A DNA stretch of 64,000 nt from a virus. The stretch spans positions 1 to 64,000 of the IMG/VR virus record IMGVR_UViG_3300037234_000438, one strand, 5' to 3'. Below, piece after piece: positions 47,234 through 57,537 of this stretch. The notes beneath the pieces are model-generated. The model was not told where the DNA came from, made no database searches, and worked only from the letters and a program-made list of their open reading frames with translations. How positions within the stretch are numbered: position 1 is the stretch's first letter; every line of letters starts with the position of its first letter. A program made the translations under genes and the position numbers.

Positions 47234-48481
47234 TTAGACCTTGATTCTTATCCATGTCGGCCTAGTAATCTTTGGCCCACCACTAATACCTGCACCGACT
47301 TCGAGGGTGTAGGGAACTTTCTCGTCGAAGTGAGTCCAAATATATCGACCAGGGAGAGGCTTAGTCCAGCTCTGCGCCTTTACGAGGCTTGGAGTGGAGA
47401 TCCAGTTGTTAGCCATAACCCTGTCGTTAGGAACAGCTTTGATTAGAACGTACCCGTCCGTAAGGAACTGCTTGTAAACAGTCACTCTGTCGCCCACCAG
47501 ATAAGCTTTGCTGATACCCGCTGACACAGTGATAGTGTTGCCGGAAATGGAAGAGATAGTAGCCTCCTCTTCTTCTCCAATTGTGTTTCTCAGGGTAATC
47601 ACGTCTGCGGCGGTGAACTCGGAAGCGTCAGTCACTACGAGAGTAGTATCTGCGACTGGAGCAGCCTCGACGAACCTGGACTCCTCTGCGTAGATCCTAT
47701 TGTCCTTTTCCATAGTGAGGCCAGTCAAAGTGTCAAAGACCTTTTTTCTGTTAGAAGACCCCTCAACAAGCGCCGGAGAATTAGTCACCATAGTCTGCGT
47801 CGCCGTGGCGAGGTAGAATTCCTCAAGCGTATTAATGGACATGAACGCGGTCTCAGCAACAAGGCCAAGCTTGGTGGCCATGTAATTCACAGCTCCGATC
47901 ATGTCGGCAACAGGAGTTGCGGAGCCAACAGTGTGCCATACTCCGCCAGATGACCATGGAGGCGAGCTTGCCACGTCAACATAATACTTGGCGGGGATCT
48001 TTGGGTCGTAGGTATAATTTACGCCATACCTTGCTTCCGAAAACGTTCCGTCGATCAGAATCTTAGACGTCACATACTCGATGAGAGTGTTTAGTCTAAG
48101 GTCGAGGAAGTTAAGAGCCGCTGAAGCAAGCCCGTCTCCCCATAGCTTAGTAGGTACTGCTGGGTCAACAGCCTCTTGAAGAACCTGCTCTCCAAATTGA
48201 ACTGCCTCTCTCCAGTGCCCAGAAGTGTGCTCTTTGTACGAGCTTCCAGGGATGGAAATTCTCTTGTGGTCGGCGCCAAGATTAACCGGATTGGTACGCC
48301 CGAATGCTCCGTTATTGATCAGGTCGAGAAGTACTGTCTTGTCGACCTCTTTAAAGGGCAGAAAGTTGTCCGTCAGCCGGAATGCATCTGGCGCTGGCTC
48401 GAACTCATTAATAGCTGCGTCCATAATCGGCTGTCTAAAAGCCCTGGACTCGCCTAGTTTTAAAAACTCGTCACCTGTCAT
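47234..48481 (-). CDS. major capsid protein (lambda gpE-like HK97 fold)
   Basis: 415 aa, after protease and decoration genes; W...SATPVADM motif; internal inserted domain. Confidence 0.8.
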   Translation of the reverse strand: MTGDEFLKLGESRAFRQPIMDAAINEFEPAPDAFRLTDNFLPFKEVDKTVLLDLINNGAFGRTNPVNLGADHKRISIPGSSYKEHTSGHWREAVQFGEQVLQEAVDPAVPTKLWGDGLASAALNFLDLRLNTLIEYVTSKILIDGTFSEARYGVNYTYDPKIPAKYYVDVASSPPWSSGGVWHTVGSATPVADMIGAVNYMATKLGLVAETAFMSINTLEEFYLATATQTMVTNSPALVEGSSNRKKVFDTLTGLTMEKDNRIYAEESRFVEAAPVADTTLVVTDASEFTAADVITLRNTIGEEEEATISSISGNTITVSAGISKAYLVGDRVTVYKQFLTDGYVLIKAVPNDRVMANNWISTPSLVKAQSWTKPLPGRYIWTHFDEKVPYTLEVGAGISGGPKITRPTWIRIKV

Positions 48482-48511
48482 TTTTTAAGTCCTCCTAAAT
48501 TAGTTGTGAGC

Positions 48512-49168
48512 TTACTTCATCTCGATGAGGCTGATGGCCTGATTATCTGCCGCAACAAAATAAGTTGCGTTTTCGATCAAATCTTGATTGAACGCGCCAT
48601 CAATGAACCCGTTAGAGCCAAAGTCTTTAACTCCATCGAATGTGATATCTCCAGCAACAACAACAACGTTAGCGCTAAGCTCTGTGCCGTCAGCCAAGAC
48701 GAGAAGGTCGGCGGTGGCAGGTGTGTTAGTGAAGACTTCGCCTGTGCATGTGATCCTCGTGAAACCTGCGCCCGCAGTTCCGCCACCAGCAACACTGACA
48801 ATATCGATTGTGAGACTTGTCAGTGCGCCTGTGTCCAAAGCGCCGTCAGATACATCGTAGAATTTGACAAGGTCACCGACCTTAAACCTTCTTGCGAGAG
48901 CGTCCGGAACATCACATACGAAGTTTGTACTGTTTGTAATGTCGGTCATTGCCGCATTGCTGAAGAAAGGTAGCGCCCCGAAAGGAGTAGCTGTTTTTCT
49001 TGCGTAAAGGCGTGGGCCAGTTTGGATCTCTGTATCGCTGGCGGAAACACCATACCTTGCGTCACTTCCGTCGATAGTGATTGGGACAGATCTTCCAGGG
49101 CGTCCGATCATAGCCTCTGATCCACCCTGATTTGCAGCGGGGTATCCAACCCCAGGATATTCACTCAT
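48512..49168 (-). CDS. head decoration protein
   Basis: between protease and capsid (lambda gpD position). Confidence 0.6.
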   Translation of the reverse strand: MSEYPGVGYPAANQGGSEAMIGRPGRSVPITIDGSDARYGVSASDTEIQTGPRLYARKTATPFGALPFFSNAAMTDITNSTNFVCDVPDALARRFKVGDLVKFYDVSDGALDTGALTSLTIDIVSVAGGGTAGAGFTRITCTGEVFTNTPATADLLVLADGTELSANVVVVAGDITFDGVKDFGSNGFIDGAFNQDLIENATYFVAADNQAISLIEMK

Positions 49169-49196
49169 TTTTTATGCCTCCTGCTTATTAATTAGT

Positions 49197-50675
49197 TTAT
49201 TTCGCCTCTGACCTTACTTTCGCGCCAGAACTCCTGACTAGATTCTTAGCGTACTCGCTGTCTTCTTTGGCGGTAGCGGTTTTCGCGGCGTCGGTCTTGG
49301 ATGCGGTCAGTCCTGGGCCTCCATCACTAAGGTCGAGAGTTTTCTCCCAGTCTGCCACTTCTGCGGAGAATGCAGCAGCGAATGCTTTGCCGGAATCGCT
49401 CTCTGCCGTGAATGCCTCGTCGTCCTTGACAAACCCTTCATGGCTCACCATGGCCTCAACTTTCACATGGTACTTCTCAGGGATGTCAGAGTCAGCCAGA
49501 ATCTCACTTTTGATGGTTTTCGCAGTGGCCTTATCTTGGCTTGCTTCCATCAGGGAGACCTTCTTGTCCTTCTCCTTTCCTTCCTTTTCGAGGCTTTGAA
49601 TGTTAACGTTGGCCTGGTCAAGCTCAACCTTGACCACCTCATACTTCGCATCGCTTTCTTCGACAGACACATATCCCACACGGGCTTCTGCTGTAATTGC
49701 ATCTACCAGCTCCGGGCATTCGATCTTTAATTCCTTCAGATTCATGCTTTCCTCCTCTTTATTTGTTTTAGTTCCATGTGTCCAATTACCTTTTTCGGCC
49801 TGAGTTTCCGCATGCTCAATACTCAGAACACTATCAAGCGTTGCTATCTCGTGGACAAGGCCTAACTCAACGCCCTCCTGGCCATTGAAAATCTTAGAGC
49901 CATCTGTTATCTCCAGAGCCTTCTCGGCAGAGATGCCAAGATTTTTGGCCACACTCTCAACAAAGATACTATACAGCCCGTCGATCTCACCCTGGATTAA
50001 CGCCTCTCCTTCCTTCGTTAAGGGCTCTGCTTCGCGACCCATCCCTTTATACTTCCCCTGATAGATATACTTCTTTTTAACACCTTCATTCTCGTAGTAC
50101 TTGCTGTAGTCATAATGGGCCGTAATTACGCCAACAGATCCAACGATGGCGGTCTCAGAAGAAGCAACGATCTTGTCTGCGGCGCTGGCAATCCAATAAG
50201 CAGCGGAGGCGGCCATACCATCGACATACGCAATTATAGGTTTCCCTCCCCTGCTTTCGTATATTAGGTCGGCAAGCTCTTTTGTTCCATCTATTGTCCC
50301 TCCGGGGCTATCTATGTGGAGTACAATTTGCTTCACACTGTCGTCGGCTAGCGCGGCCCTGAAATCGTTGCTCACCAGCGCCATCGATGTAGCACCGGAG
50401 AACTCGGTCATCATATTTGCTTTCTTGAAGAGTGGCCCCTTGATCGGAACGACAGCGCTCCCGTTGGTAAGCGACATTTCGTGAGAATATCCCGCGTCAC
50501 CTTTAAAGTCGTCGCTGGCATCGATTCCATGTATTTTGCGGCCTACAATCCCATGTATTTGATCAAGCCAATTCGGGATGATAGCCCATGAGCTCTTAGT
50601 AAGATCACCGATTACGTGCTTGTAGTATTGCGTGCCAATGTTGGTCACCAGGGGGTCTTTGTAGTCTTTTTTCAT
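49197..50675 (-). CDS. S49 (SppA/gpC-like) prohead protease with C-terminal scaffold
   Basis: IDSPGG, MAASAAYWIASAAD, VGSVGV; acidic helical C-terminus. Confidence 0.92.
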   Translation of the reverse strand: MKKDYKDPLVTNIGTQYYKHVIGDLTKSSWAIIPNWLDQIHGIVGRKIHGIDASDDFKGDAGYSHEMSLTNGSAVVPIKGPLFKKANMMTEFSGATSMALVSNDFRAALADDSVKQIVLHIDSPGGTIDGTKELADLIYESRGGKPIIAYVDGMAASAAYWIASAADKIVASSETAIVGSVGVITAHYDYSKYYENEGVKKKYIYQGKYKGMGREAEPLTKEGEALIQGEIDGLYSIFVESVAKNLGISAEKALEITDGSKIFNGQEGVELGLVHEIATLDSVLSIEHAETQAEKGNWTHGTKTNKEEESMNLKELKIECPELVDAITAEARVGYVSVEESDAKYEVVKVELDQANVNIQSLEKEGKEKDKKVSLMEASQDKATAKTIKSEILADSDIPEKYHVKVEAMVSHEGFVKDDEAFTAESDSGKAFAAAFSAEVADWEKTLDLSDGGPGLTASKTDAAKTATAKEDSEYAKNLVRSSGAKVRSEAK

Positions 50676-50677
50676 TA

Positions 50678-52297
50678 TTACTCCTCTTGACCTTCTTCTT
50701 TTTTGACTGGGGGTTTGCCTGTCATTGAGTCTGTCTCGCTTTCTTTTGGCGTCAGGTCTGTCGTGCCGTCCTCGATCATTCTCAAATCCTTTTCTTTGTC
50801 GTAATCTTTAATGCCAGCGGACTTCGCAGCCCTGGCATTGCTTACGCCGATACTGCTAAATCCCTTGTGGTTGTTGCCGAGATAAGCTGAGGCGATACCA
50901 GCCATCTCGCTTTCAAATTTTGTGTGGGGAGATATCACCTGTACCATTTCGCATGGCTCCACATCTTCCAGAATTTCTACTGGCTTGCCACTCGTATGGT
51001 CTATGAATTTCTTCTTGAATGTTTCGGGGAGATCTCCGACAATACTCTCTACGTGGAAGCAAAACCTCAGAAGGACGTACTTGATGAAATGCTCATTTTT
51101 GTTTTGCATATTCTCAACGTCTATTTCCAGTGGCGAGCGTGATGCTTTGGCTGAGCCATATGTTGCCCTGCCCATATCCCCTTGAAACATGTCCTGAGGT
51201 GATTGCGCACCCGCGCCCGCAATATTAAGGAGGTCCCGGTTGTCGCCATCCAATTTCGACATCTGGGGAGCTTTGACATCATAGTCAAGGCCTGGCATCA
51301 AAAAAAGCTTTGAACCCGGAGTGATGGCTGCCGTCAAGCCGAAAGCCTTTTTCTGGTCGTCTGACATTTTTTTGAAAATATGGTAGGCAAGTTTTCCTGC
51401 TGGCGTGGAGTCGAATTTGAATACATTAGTATAGGAGGTTGCTGCTTTTTTGTGATCAAGCTGCCATTTGATTGCATTCCAATAAAGATTGATGGCCTCA
51501 AGGATTGCCACTAGGGATGAGGTGTCCCTCTCGTACTCATAAATGCCGGAAAGGTTTTTCCAATGGATAACAAATCTTCGGTAGCCGCCTATCTTATTGA
51601 AAGATCCTTTTTTCTTGATGGCCTTGGAAGTTTTGAGCGAATCTTTTTCGAGGTCCTTGAGCAACTTCTCTTTGTCTGGGGCGTAGGCTATATTGATGTC
51701 AGGGATAAGCTCTTTGTCATTGCCTCCATAATACTCATAAAAAAGAGTCTCTCCGGCATCCTCTGGGTTGGTTATGATACCGGTATCTTTCCCTTTACCG
51801 ATCCTGCCTGGCTCCAAAGCTCTGATCGTGGCCTTGCCTTCCTCATTGAAGGCGATCAATAGAAATAGCTCTCCTTCGGCCTGCATTCGTGTGATCCAGC
51901 CTGTTATTCTGAAGAAGAGTTGATTCCTCTGTGAAAACCAAAGATCTTTGATTGATTGATGTATACGGTGGATTGGAGTATAGATATCAAAGCCTGCCCC
52001 TGCCGTATAATCAGACTTCGAGTTTATACTGGCGTTGACTGGGCCGAAGGTGCGGTATTTATTGTATGCTTTTTCTTGGAGGGTTCGGAATTCGGGCTTC
52101 TCTGTTTTCTTTTCCTGGCCAACCTTGGATACCTCGTCGAGAGGGCCTTCATTAAAGATCACATTAGATGCCGGATCTTGCCAATTTGACAAGGCGAAGA
52201 GCTTTAAGGATGGGTCTCCTTCCGTCATCTCGTCCCAATCTTTCTGTGAAAGGCCGTCCCTGAAGACCTCTGGTACTGTGTTTTCTTCTTCTGCCAT
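50678..52297 (-). CDS. portal protein
   Basis: 539 aa directly upstream of the protease; EGELF and ATYGSAK motifs. Confidence 0.8.
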   Translation of the reverse strand: MAEEENTVPEVFRDGLSQKDWDEMTEGDPSLKLFALSNWQDPASNVIFNEGPLDEVSKVGQEKKTEKPEFRTLQEKAYNKYRTFGPVNASINSKSDYTAGAGFDIYTPIHRIHQSIKDLWFSQRNQLFFRITGWITRMQAEGELFLLIAFNEEGKATIRALEPGRIGKGKDTGIITNPEDAGETLFYEYYGGNDKELIPDINIAYAPDKEKLLKDLEKDSLKTSKAIKKKGSFNKIGGYRRFVIHWKNLSGIYEYERDTSSLVAILEAINLYWNAIKWQLDHKKAATSYTNVFKFDSTPAGKLAYHIFKKMSDDQKKAFGLTAAITPGSKLFLMPGLDYDVKAPQMSKLDGDNRDLLNIAGAGAQSPQDMFQGDMGRATYGSAKASRSPLEIDVENMQNKNEHFIKYVLLRFCFHVESIVGDLPETFKKKFIDHTSGKPVEILEDVEPCEMVQVISPHTKFESEMAGIASAYLGNNHKGFSSIGVSNARAAKSAGIKDYDKEKDLRMIEDGTTDLTPKESETDSMTGKPPVKKEEGQEE

Positions 52298-52449
52298 GTT
52301 TCTCCTGATTGATTATCTTTGCCTTATACTTGTCCGTAAGGGGGTCTTTGGAAATCAAACATCCCTTTGATCCGCTGAGCGGAGAGTCGAGGATTAATTT
52401 ATTGGGAAAATCAATGTGAGGTATTTAGAAATTATATGTCACTTTTTTC

Positions 52450-52478
52450 TTGACGGGTTTATCTGAATATGTTTTAAT
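52450..52478 (+). promoter_or_regulatory. sigma70-type promoter for the replication operon
   Basis: TTGACG-N17-TTTAAT with extended -10 TG. Confidence 0.55.
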
Positions 52479-52516
52479 TACTTCATTACTGAGCATTAAT
52501 TTGAAACGGAGAAGAT

Positions 52517-52774
52517 ATGACAACTGATGAGCTTGCTGAAGTAGGACGATTTAACACCGCAGAGATTAAGATTCTTTGCATGAGAAGAGGCGTGCAATTG
52601 ATTAAGATAGCCGAAGACCTCAGTCTTCACAGGATGACCGTGAGCAACGTTGTTAATAATAAGAGGCTTAAGGACTTCAAGTTTGACCTTGTCGTCAAGA
52701 TAAGGGACCACATAGTATCCATATTCGGTGTTCCGCTTGAAGACATAATGAGCAAGGAGGATTCCAATGTTTGA
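52517..52774 (+). CDS. HTH transcriptional regulator (Cro/XRE-like)
   Basis: LIKIAEDLSLHRMTVSNVVN helix-turn-helix; first gene of the divergent operon. Confidence 0.75.
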   Translation: MTTDELAEVGRFNTAEIKILCMRRGVQLIKIAEDLSLHRMTVSNVVNNKRLKDFKFDLVVKIRDHIVSIFGVPLEDIMSKEDSNV

Positions 52775-53018
52775 TATCAGTTCTACTGTTGGTGAGATTG
52801 CCATTACCGGTATTCTTGGCATGGTGTTTTGGTGGCTATTTGGCATGATGGCGCTTTCGATTGATGCTGTTAGAAAAAAGCGAGATGCTATCCTTTTGGT
52901 TAAGAAGAATCACGAGCAGCTTCAGGCACTCATAAAGAAGGATGCGGCATTCAAGGAATTCATGAAGCACCTTGAGACGATTACACCGGAAGCTATCAGA
53001 AGGGAGGCGTTGCATTGA
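52767..53018 (+). CDS. small membrane protein
   Basis: N-terminal TM helix; AAGGAGG RBS. Confidence 0.55.
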   Translation: MFDISSTVGEIAITGILGMVFWWLFGMMALSIDAVRKKRDAILLVKKNHEQLQALIKKDAAFKEFMKHLETITPEAIRREALH

Positions 53019-53845
53019 GCAAGGATACTTACCTAAATGGCTACGATGAGGTGGCTGGGAATAAGAAATATCTGACCGGCTCGCAAATTACTACAATGTG
53101 TGAGTGCCCAGTCGAGTACCGTAAGAGATACATTGAACGGCTACCGACGGCACCTAGCTCATCGATAGCCTTTGGACTGAGTGGGCATAAGGCTGAAGAG
53201 GTAAACTTACGTCAGAAGATCAAGACTAAAAAGGATGAACCTTTAGACGTTGTTCTTGATATTTTTAACCACACGCTGAAAGAATACAGGTCGGACATTG
53301 AGTGGAGCAAAGATGAGCGTAAGGTCGGCAAGAGGAAATCGTTCAACGCCCTCCAAGTCGAAGGGATGGACACGATGGAGAAGGTCCATCTTGAAATATC
53401 GCCAAAGATAAAGCCTCTCAGCGTGGAAGAAAAAGTGCGTATAACCCTCAAAGACTTTCCGTTTGATATTTTGGGAACACCTGACGTTATGACTCGTAGG
53501 GATGTGCTCGATTTTAAATTTATGAAGCGGAGCCCAAATCAAAAAACTGCTGACAACAACCTAAACTTAACAATCTACAGTATGGCAAAAGCCATTAGGG
53601 ACAATAGGTTGCCCCGATTTGTTAGATTGATTGGCGGTGTCCGCTTGAAATCTGGGGCCAAAACTTTCGACATTAAGTCAAAACGAAACGAGAGCGACTT
53701 CAAGCAAGTTCTTCGGACTGTTGGTAAGATCCAGAAGATTATCGAGAATGACATTTGGCTCCCAGCCTCTATTTTATCTTGGAAATGTTCGCCTGGTTTT
53801 TGTTCCTACTTCAATCAATGTACTGAAAAAATGGTGAGAAAATGA
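53015..53845 (+). CDS. PD-(D/E)XK Cas4/RecB-like exonuclease
   Basis: CECP N-terminal, GTPD...LDFK catalytic motifs, C-terminal CSPGFCSYFNQC. Confidence 0.82.
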   Translation: MSKDTYLNGYDEVAGNKKYLTGSQITTMCECPVEYRKRYIERLPTAPSSSIAFGLSGHKAEEVNLRQKIKTKKDEPLDVVLDIFNHTLKEYRSDIEWSKDERKVGKRKSFNALQVEGMDTMEKVHLEISPKIKPLSVEEKVRITLKDFPFDILGTPDVMTRRDVLDFKFMKRSPNQKTADNNLNLTIYSMAKAIRDNRLPRFVRLIGGVRLKSGAKTFDIKSKRNESDFKQVLRTVGKIQKIIENDIWLPASILSWKCSPGFCSYFNQCTEKMVRK

Positions 53846-54534
53846 CGAGGGAAGGGGCAATAGATAAATATAAGACCGGGGAAATAACTTGGTATAAACT
53901 CTGGAAGCTCTACGGAGATATCGATAAGCATGCTTTCCATGTTCGCCTGAAAAAAGGAGCCTCTCCAGAGGAGGCTCTGATGCCGGCGCAGCGCAAAGAG
54001 TATCAGTTCAAGGGCGAGAAGTTGACACTCACAGAGATATCAATGAAAACCGGAGTGTCTGCTAGCACTTTATGGGGAAGGATTAATAATTACAAAATGA
54101 GCGCTGAGGAAGCAGCAAGGCCTTTTAAGAAAAAAGATAAATATGACAACTGTGGCGGATATCCAGGAACTTGCCACAACGGGAAGCTAAAGCACTTACA
54201 CATTATCGCTGCCGAAAAAGCGCTAGGACGCCCTTTGCCGAAAGGTGCAGAGGTTCATCATGTTGACGGAAACAAGGAAAATCACGACAACACCAACCTT
54301 GTGATCGCAGAGAATAAATCTTACCACCTCCTGCTACATCGCAGGACAAACTCACTTAGGGCGACTGGTGATCCAAACTTCAGAAGGTGCCAATTCTGTA
54401 AAGGTTGGAGTGACCCTCGGACCGACAGTATCCATGTCAATACACGCGACAGGTCTTATCATAAGGAGTGCCTACGGCTCGACAACAAGAAGAGAAAGGC
54501 CGCATATAAAAACAAAGCCAAGGGGACAAAATGA
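53842..54534 (+). CDS. HNH endonuclease
   Basis: HIIAAEKALGRPLPKGAEVHHVDGNKENHDNTNL. Confidence 0.85.
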   Translation: MTREGAIDKYKTGEITWYKLWKLYGDIDKHAFHVRLKKGASPEEALMPAQRKEYQFKGEKLTLTEISMKTGVSASTLWGRINNYKMSAEEAARPFKKKDKYDNCGGYPGTCHNGKLKHLHIIAAEKALGRPLPKGAEVHHVDGNKENHDNTNLVIAENKSYHLLLHRRTNSLRATGDPNFRRCQFCKGWSDPRTDSIHVNTRDRSYHKECLRLDNKKRKAAYKNKAKGTK

Positions 54535-54896
54535 GCCACAACATAGACACATTTAAACTGAAAAAACTGGAAAACTTCTCCTTTCCGATAAAGTCGCTAT
54601 ATAAAAGCGAGCGCCAAGATTGGCATCCAAGGCGTATTGACAACGATGACGGTGCTGTGACATTCGCGAGTATGGGAACCGAGCTCAGTGGAACTGTTGA
54701 AGATGACACATTCCACATGGCAGAGATATCGTGCTATGGAGAAGGTAGTGGTACGGTTATGCGTGAAATGCTTGAGCCGGCGTTCGCAGACAGCAAGGGC
54801 ACGCTGATTGCTTCCTGTGTTTGGGAGGGAGGAGACAATATTGATCGACTTGAAGTTGTTGGTGGCGAAGTAAAGTGGATTGATATTGAGATATAG
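54531..54896 (+). CDS. hypothetical protein
   Basis: 121-aa ORF with ATGA overlap. Confidence 0.55.
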   Translation: MSHNIDTFKLKKLENFSFPIKSLYKSERQDWHPRRIDNDDGAVTFASMGTELSGTVEDDTFHMAEISCYGEGSGTVMREMLEPAFADSKGTLIASCVWEGGDNIDRLEVVGGEVKWIDIEI

Positions 54897-54927
54897 GGAA
54901 CAGAAAATAATTAACCAGGAGTGAAAA

Positions 54928-56007
54928 ATGAAAGAAGATAAGGCAGTAGCGAAGCTTGGAGAAGGCGAAAGCTTCTCTCTCGTACCGAAAACATTAGATG
55001 AGGCGATGAAGTTTTCCGAAATTATTAGCAAGACGGACATGGTTCCGAAGGACTTCATCGGCAAGCCCGGCAATATCCTCGTAGCTATACAGATGGGCCT
55101 CGAGATAGGACTTCCTCCCTTACAGGCTCTCCAGAATATCGCCGTGATTAATGGTAGACCTTGCTTGTACGGAGACTCGGCTCTTGCCTTGGTCAAAATC
55201 CATCCGAGGTGCGAGTATGTCCACGAATACTACTTAGACAAGAAGGGAGAGAAGACTATTGGCGACGACTACCAGACTGCTGTGTGCGTAGTTAAGCGCA
55301 GGGGGCAGGGAGAGGAAAAGCGTACTTTCAGCCTGGAAGACGCCAAGAAGGCAAAGCTTCTCGTTAAGGTTGGTCCTTGGTCTGCCTACCCCAAGAGGAT
55401 GTTGGGCATGCGTGCTAGAGGATTCGCTTTGCGTGATGTGTTTCCTGACGCTCTCAAGGGCCTCTCTATTGCGGAAGAGGCTCGCGACATCCCTCAGGCG
55501 CCCAAAGACGTCACCCCTAAAGAAACCGTAGTCGAGTCCCCCTATGAGGTGCCCGAGATTGATCGCACCGTCGAGGTAATGGTCAGCAAGGAAGCCGCTG
55601 CTGAGCCTCAAGGAGAAGAGACCCAGCAAGGTAGCGTAGCAGCCGACAAAGTAACTCCTCTCTTAGCCGCCATTGACGAACTCGCTCATTCCAGGCACGC
55701 CGACAATTGGCTAACGAAGCACAGCACTGAAATCTCGGCACTATCCAACAATGAAACATCAGTCGTTATGGGTGCCTTCAAGGTCAAGCGTGAAGAGCTT
55801 GCTGCCGACGAGCACACCGAAGAGGAGACTTCCGCTGACAACGAAGAAACTCTCGCTGATGGCTTCAAGGATAAAATAGAGGCTGCTGAAGATCTTCCCG
55901 CTCTCGATGTTTTATTTGACGAGGCTCAAGGTAAAATAAAAACCGGCAAGCTAATTGTTCAGCTTAAGAGGGCTCGAGATAAAAAGGCTCAGGAGTTGAA
56001 GGCGTAA
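54928..56007 (+). CDS. RecT-like single-strand annealing protein
   Basis: GKPGNILVAIQMGLEIGLPPLQALQNIAVING...WSAYPKRML..RARGFALRDVFPD. Confidence 0.85.
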   Translation: MKEDKAVAKLGEGESFSLVPKTLDEAMKFSEIISKTDMVPKDFIGKPGNILVAIQMGLEIGLPPLQALQNIAVINGRPCLYGDSALALVKIHPRCEYVHEYYLDKKGEKTIGDDYQTAVCVVKRRGQGEEKRTFSLEDAKKAKLLVKVGPWSAYPKRMLGMRARGFALRDVFPDALKGLSIAEEARDIPQAPKDVTPKETVVESPYEVPEIDRTVEVMVSKEAAAEPQGEETQQGSVAADKVTPLLAAIDELAHSRHADNWLTKHSTEISALSNNETSVVMGAFKVKREELAADEHTEEETSADNEETLADGFKDKIEAAEDLPALDVLFDEAQGKIKTGKLIVQLKRARDKKAQELKA

Positions 56008-56331
56008 TAACTAATAGAGCTGAGGAGTTGGGAATGACCATGCTGAAAGTTGAAAACCACAAAAGAGTATCTGAATATGATGGAGCCTATAAGTGCCTCG
56101 ACTGTAAAAGTGAATGGGGAGCATTGCAAGGAAACCCTGAAATGCCGAGGGAATGTTTAGTGGCTGGGGTTAGAAGGCCTTGTTAATTTATGGCAAAAGA
56201 GATGGAAGAACCTGCTAGAAATGGCGGATAAGCATGGAGAGCGGAAAGAATATCTAATGGCACATGAATGCAGGGTACAGGCCCATGTGTTTATTGATGT
56301 AGTAAGAGAGTTGAAAGAGAGATTGGCCACC

Positions 56332-56518
56332 TAACAAATGAACTAAGGAGGTTGCGGATTATGGGAAAATGCGACATTTGCGGAGTGCCAAACGGAGGAC
56401 ACGTTTTTACATGCCAAAACGCTGAAAAAACAAACAATGATTCAAATACACAAGTTTTTTTAGAAGGCTACAATTCGAATAAAGAAACTGTTAGCAACCC
56501 TGCTTCAGTGGCTTGTTA
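56332..56518 (+). repeat. attC-like imperfect palindrome with long central insert
   Basis: TAACAA..ACTAAG..GGTTGC / GCAACC..CTT(C)AGT..TTGTTA arms. Confidence 0.4.
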
Positions 56519-56669
56519 TGATGAAATTATAGGGGCAATCAAGAACGCTCCCTTAACGCAATTACCCGCAATATTGATGAACACAGTTGAGGCGTGTATT
56601 GAACGCAATGTTTTTATAAGCGGCGATAGGCTAGTTGATGTTGTAGGCAAGATTGTTAAAAGGCTGTCA

Positions 56670-56792
56670 TAACTGTTTGAAATTAAGTGCCGCATTTGGT
56701 GGCAAAAAGGTGGGAGGGCAATGAGGCCGAAAGAAAAGGAAACAACCCGATTAGGCAAGCTGTGTAGCGGTGAATTTGCATTGTGGGGTTAT
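56670..56792 (+). repeat. attC-like imperfect palindrome
   Basis: ATAAC at stop codon ... GTTAT; inner AAATT..TGCCGC / GCGGTG.AATTT. Confidence 0.35.
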
Positions 56793-56829
56793 TTTGCGCG
56801 AATTTTTAAAGGAATTGGAGGGAAAGATT

Positions 56830-57042
56830 ATGGCAGATGCAAGTAGTTCTTCGTCAGGCATTGGGGTTCTAGGCTTATTGGGCGTTTCATTTGTGGTGCT
56901 AAAGTTAACAGGGGTTATAGGCTGGTCTTGGTGGTACATAACAATGCCGTTTTGGGGAGGTATCGCAATTGTATTGATAATACTTCTTGGCGTTTTAGGA
57001 TTTTTCTTAGTGAAACCATTCTTTAAGAAGAAAGCAATATAG
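56830..57042 (+). CDS. small two-TM phage membrane protein
   Basis: GIGVLGLLGVSFVVLKLTGVIGWSWWYITMPFW motif. Confidence 0.7.
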   Translation: MADASSSSSGIGVLGLLGVSFVVLKLTGVIGWSWWYITMPFWGGIAIVLIILLGVLGFFLVKPFFKKKAI

Positions 57043-57147
57043 CAATACTCATATACTGACTTTTAAACCTTTACTAGGCGACGATATAACAGGGCGGAAA
57101 TGGAATTCAAACTTTATCAAATTACGGACAGGGGAGGGAGGTCTTAA

Positions 57148-57537
57148 ATGGACACATTGATTCAAATATTACAGGAACTTAAAGGCATCTCTGGTCCCGC
57201 AATGTGGGTCGGAGTTGTCACTATAATTCTCTTATTCGCCTACAAGATTGCGCTAGTCGGCTCTGTTTATGGCGTGATCAAGTTTGGGATTCAAAAGGTT
57301 CATGACGTAATGGTTAAACCTCGTCATGAATTAGTGGAGAGGCGCGTCGATGTGAAGGCTGAGCTGAATGGAATAACTATAGGTGATGAAGTTGATTACC
57401 TCATAGCGCAGATCACTCGGATTAAAGGGCGACACATCGGCGGTGGCGCTGGCATCTATATCCATCATAGCGACATAGACTGGTTACGCAAAGCAATTGA
57501 TGAGAGGGCCGACAAAGATCTCAAGGAGAAGCAATAA
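57148..57537 (+). CDS. hypothetical membrane protein
   Basis: TM segment; GGAGG RBS. Confidence 0.55.
   Translation: MDTLIQILQELKGISGPAMWVGVVTIILLFAYKIALVGSVYGVIKFGIQKVHDVMVKPRHELVERRVDVKAELNGITIGDEVDYLIAQITRIKGRHIGGGAGIYIHHSDIDWLRKAIDERADKDLKEKQ

Noticed and set aside
27732-52370. Numerous + strand ORFs antisense to the structural operon
   Set aside because: They are shadow frames of long - strand genes with no motifs or RBSs.
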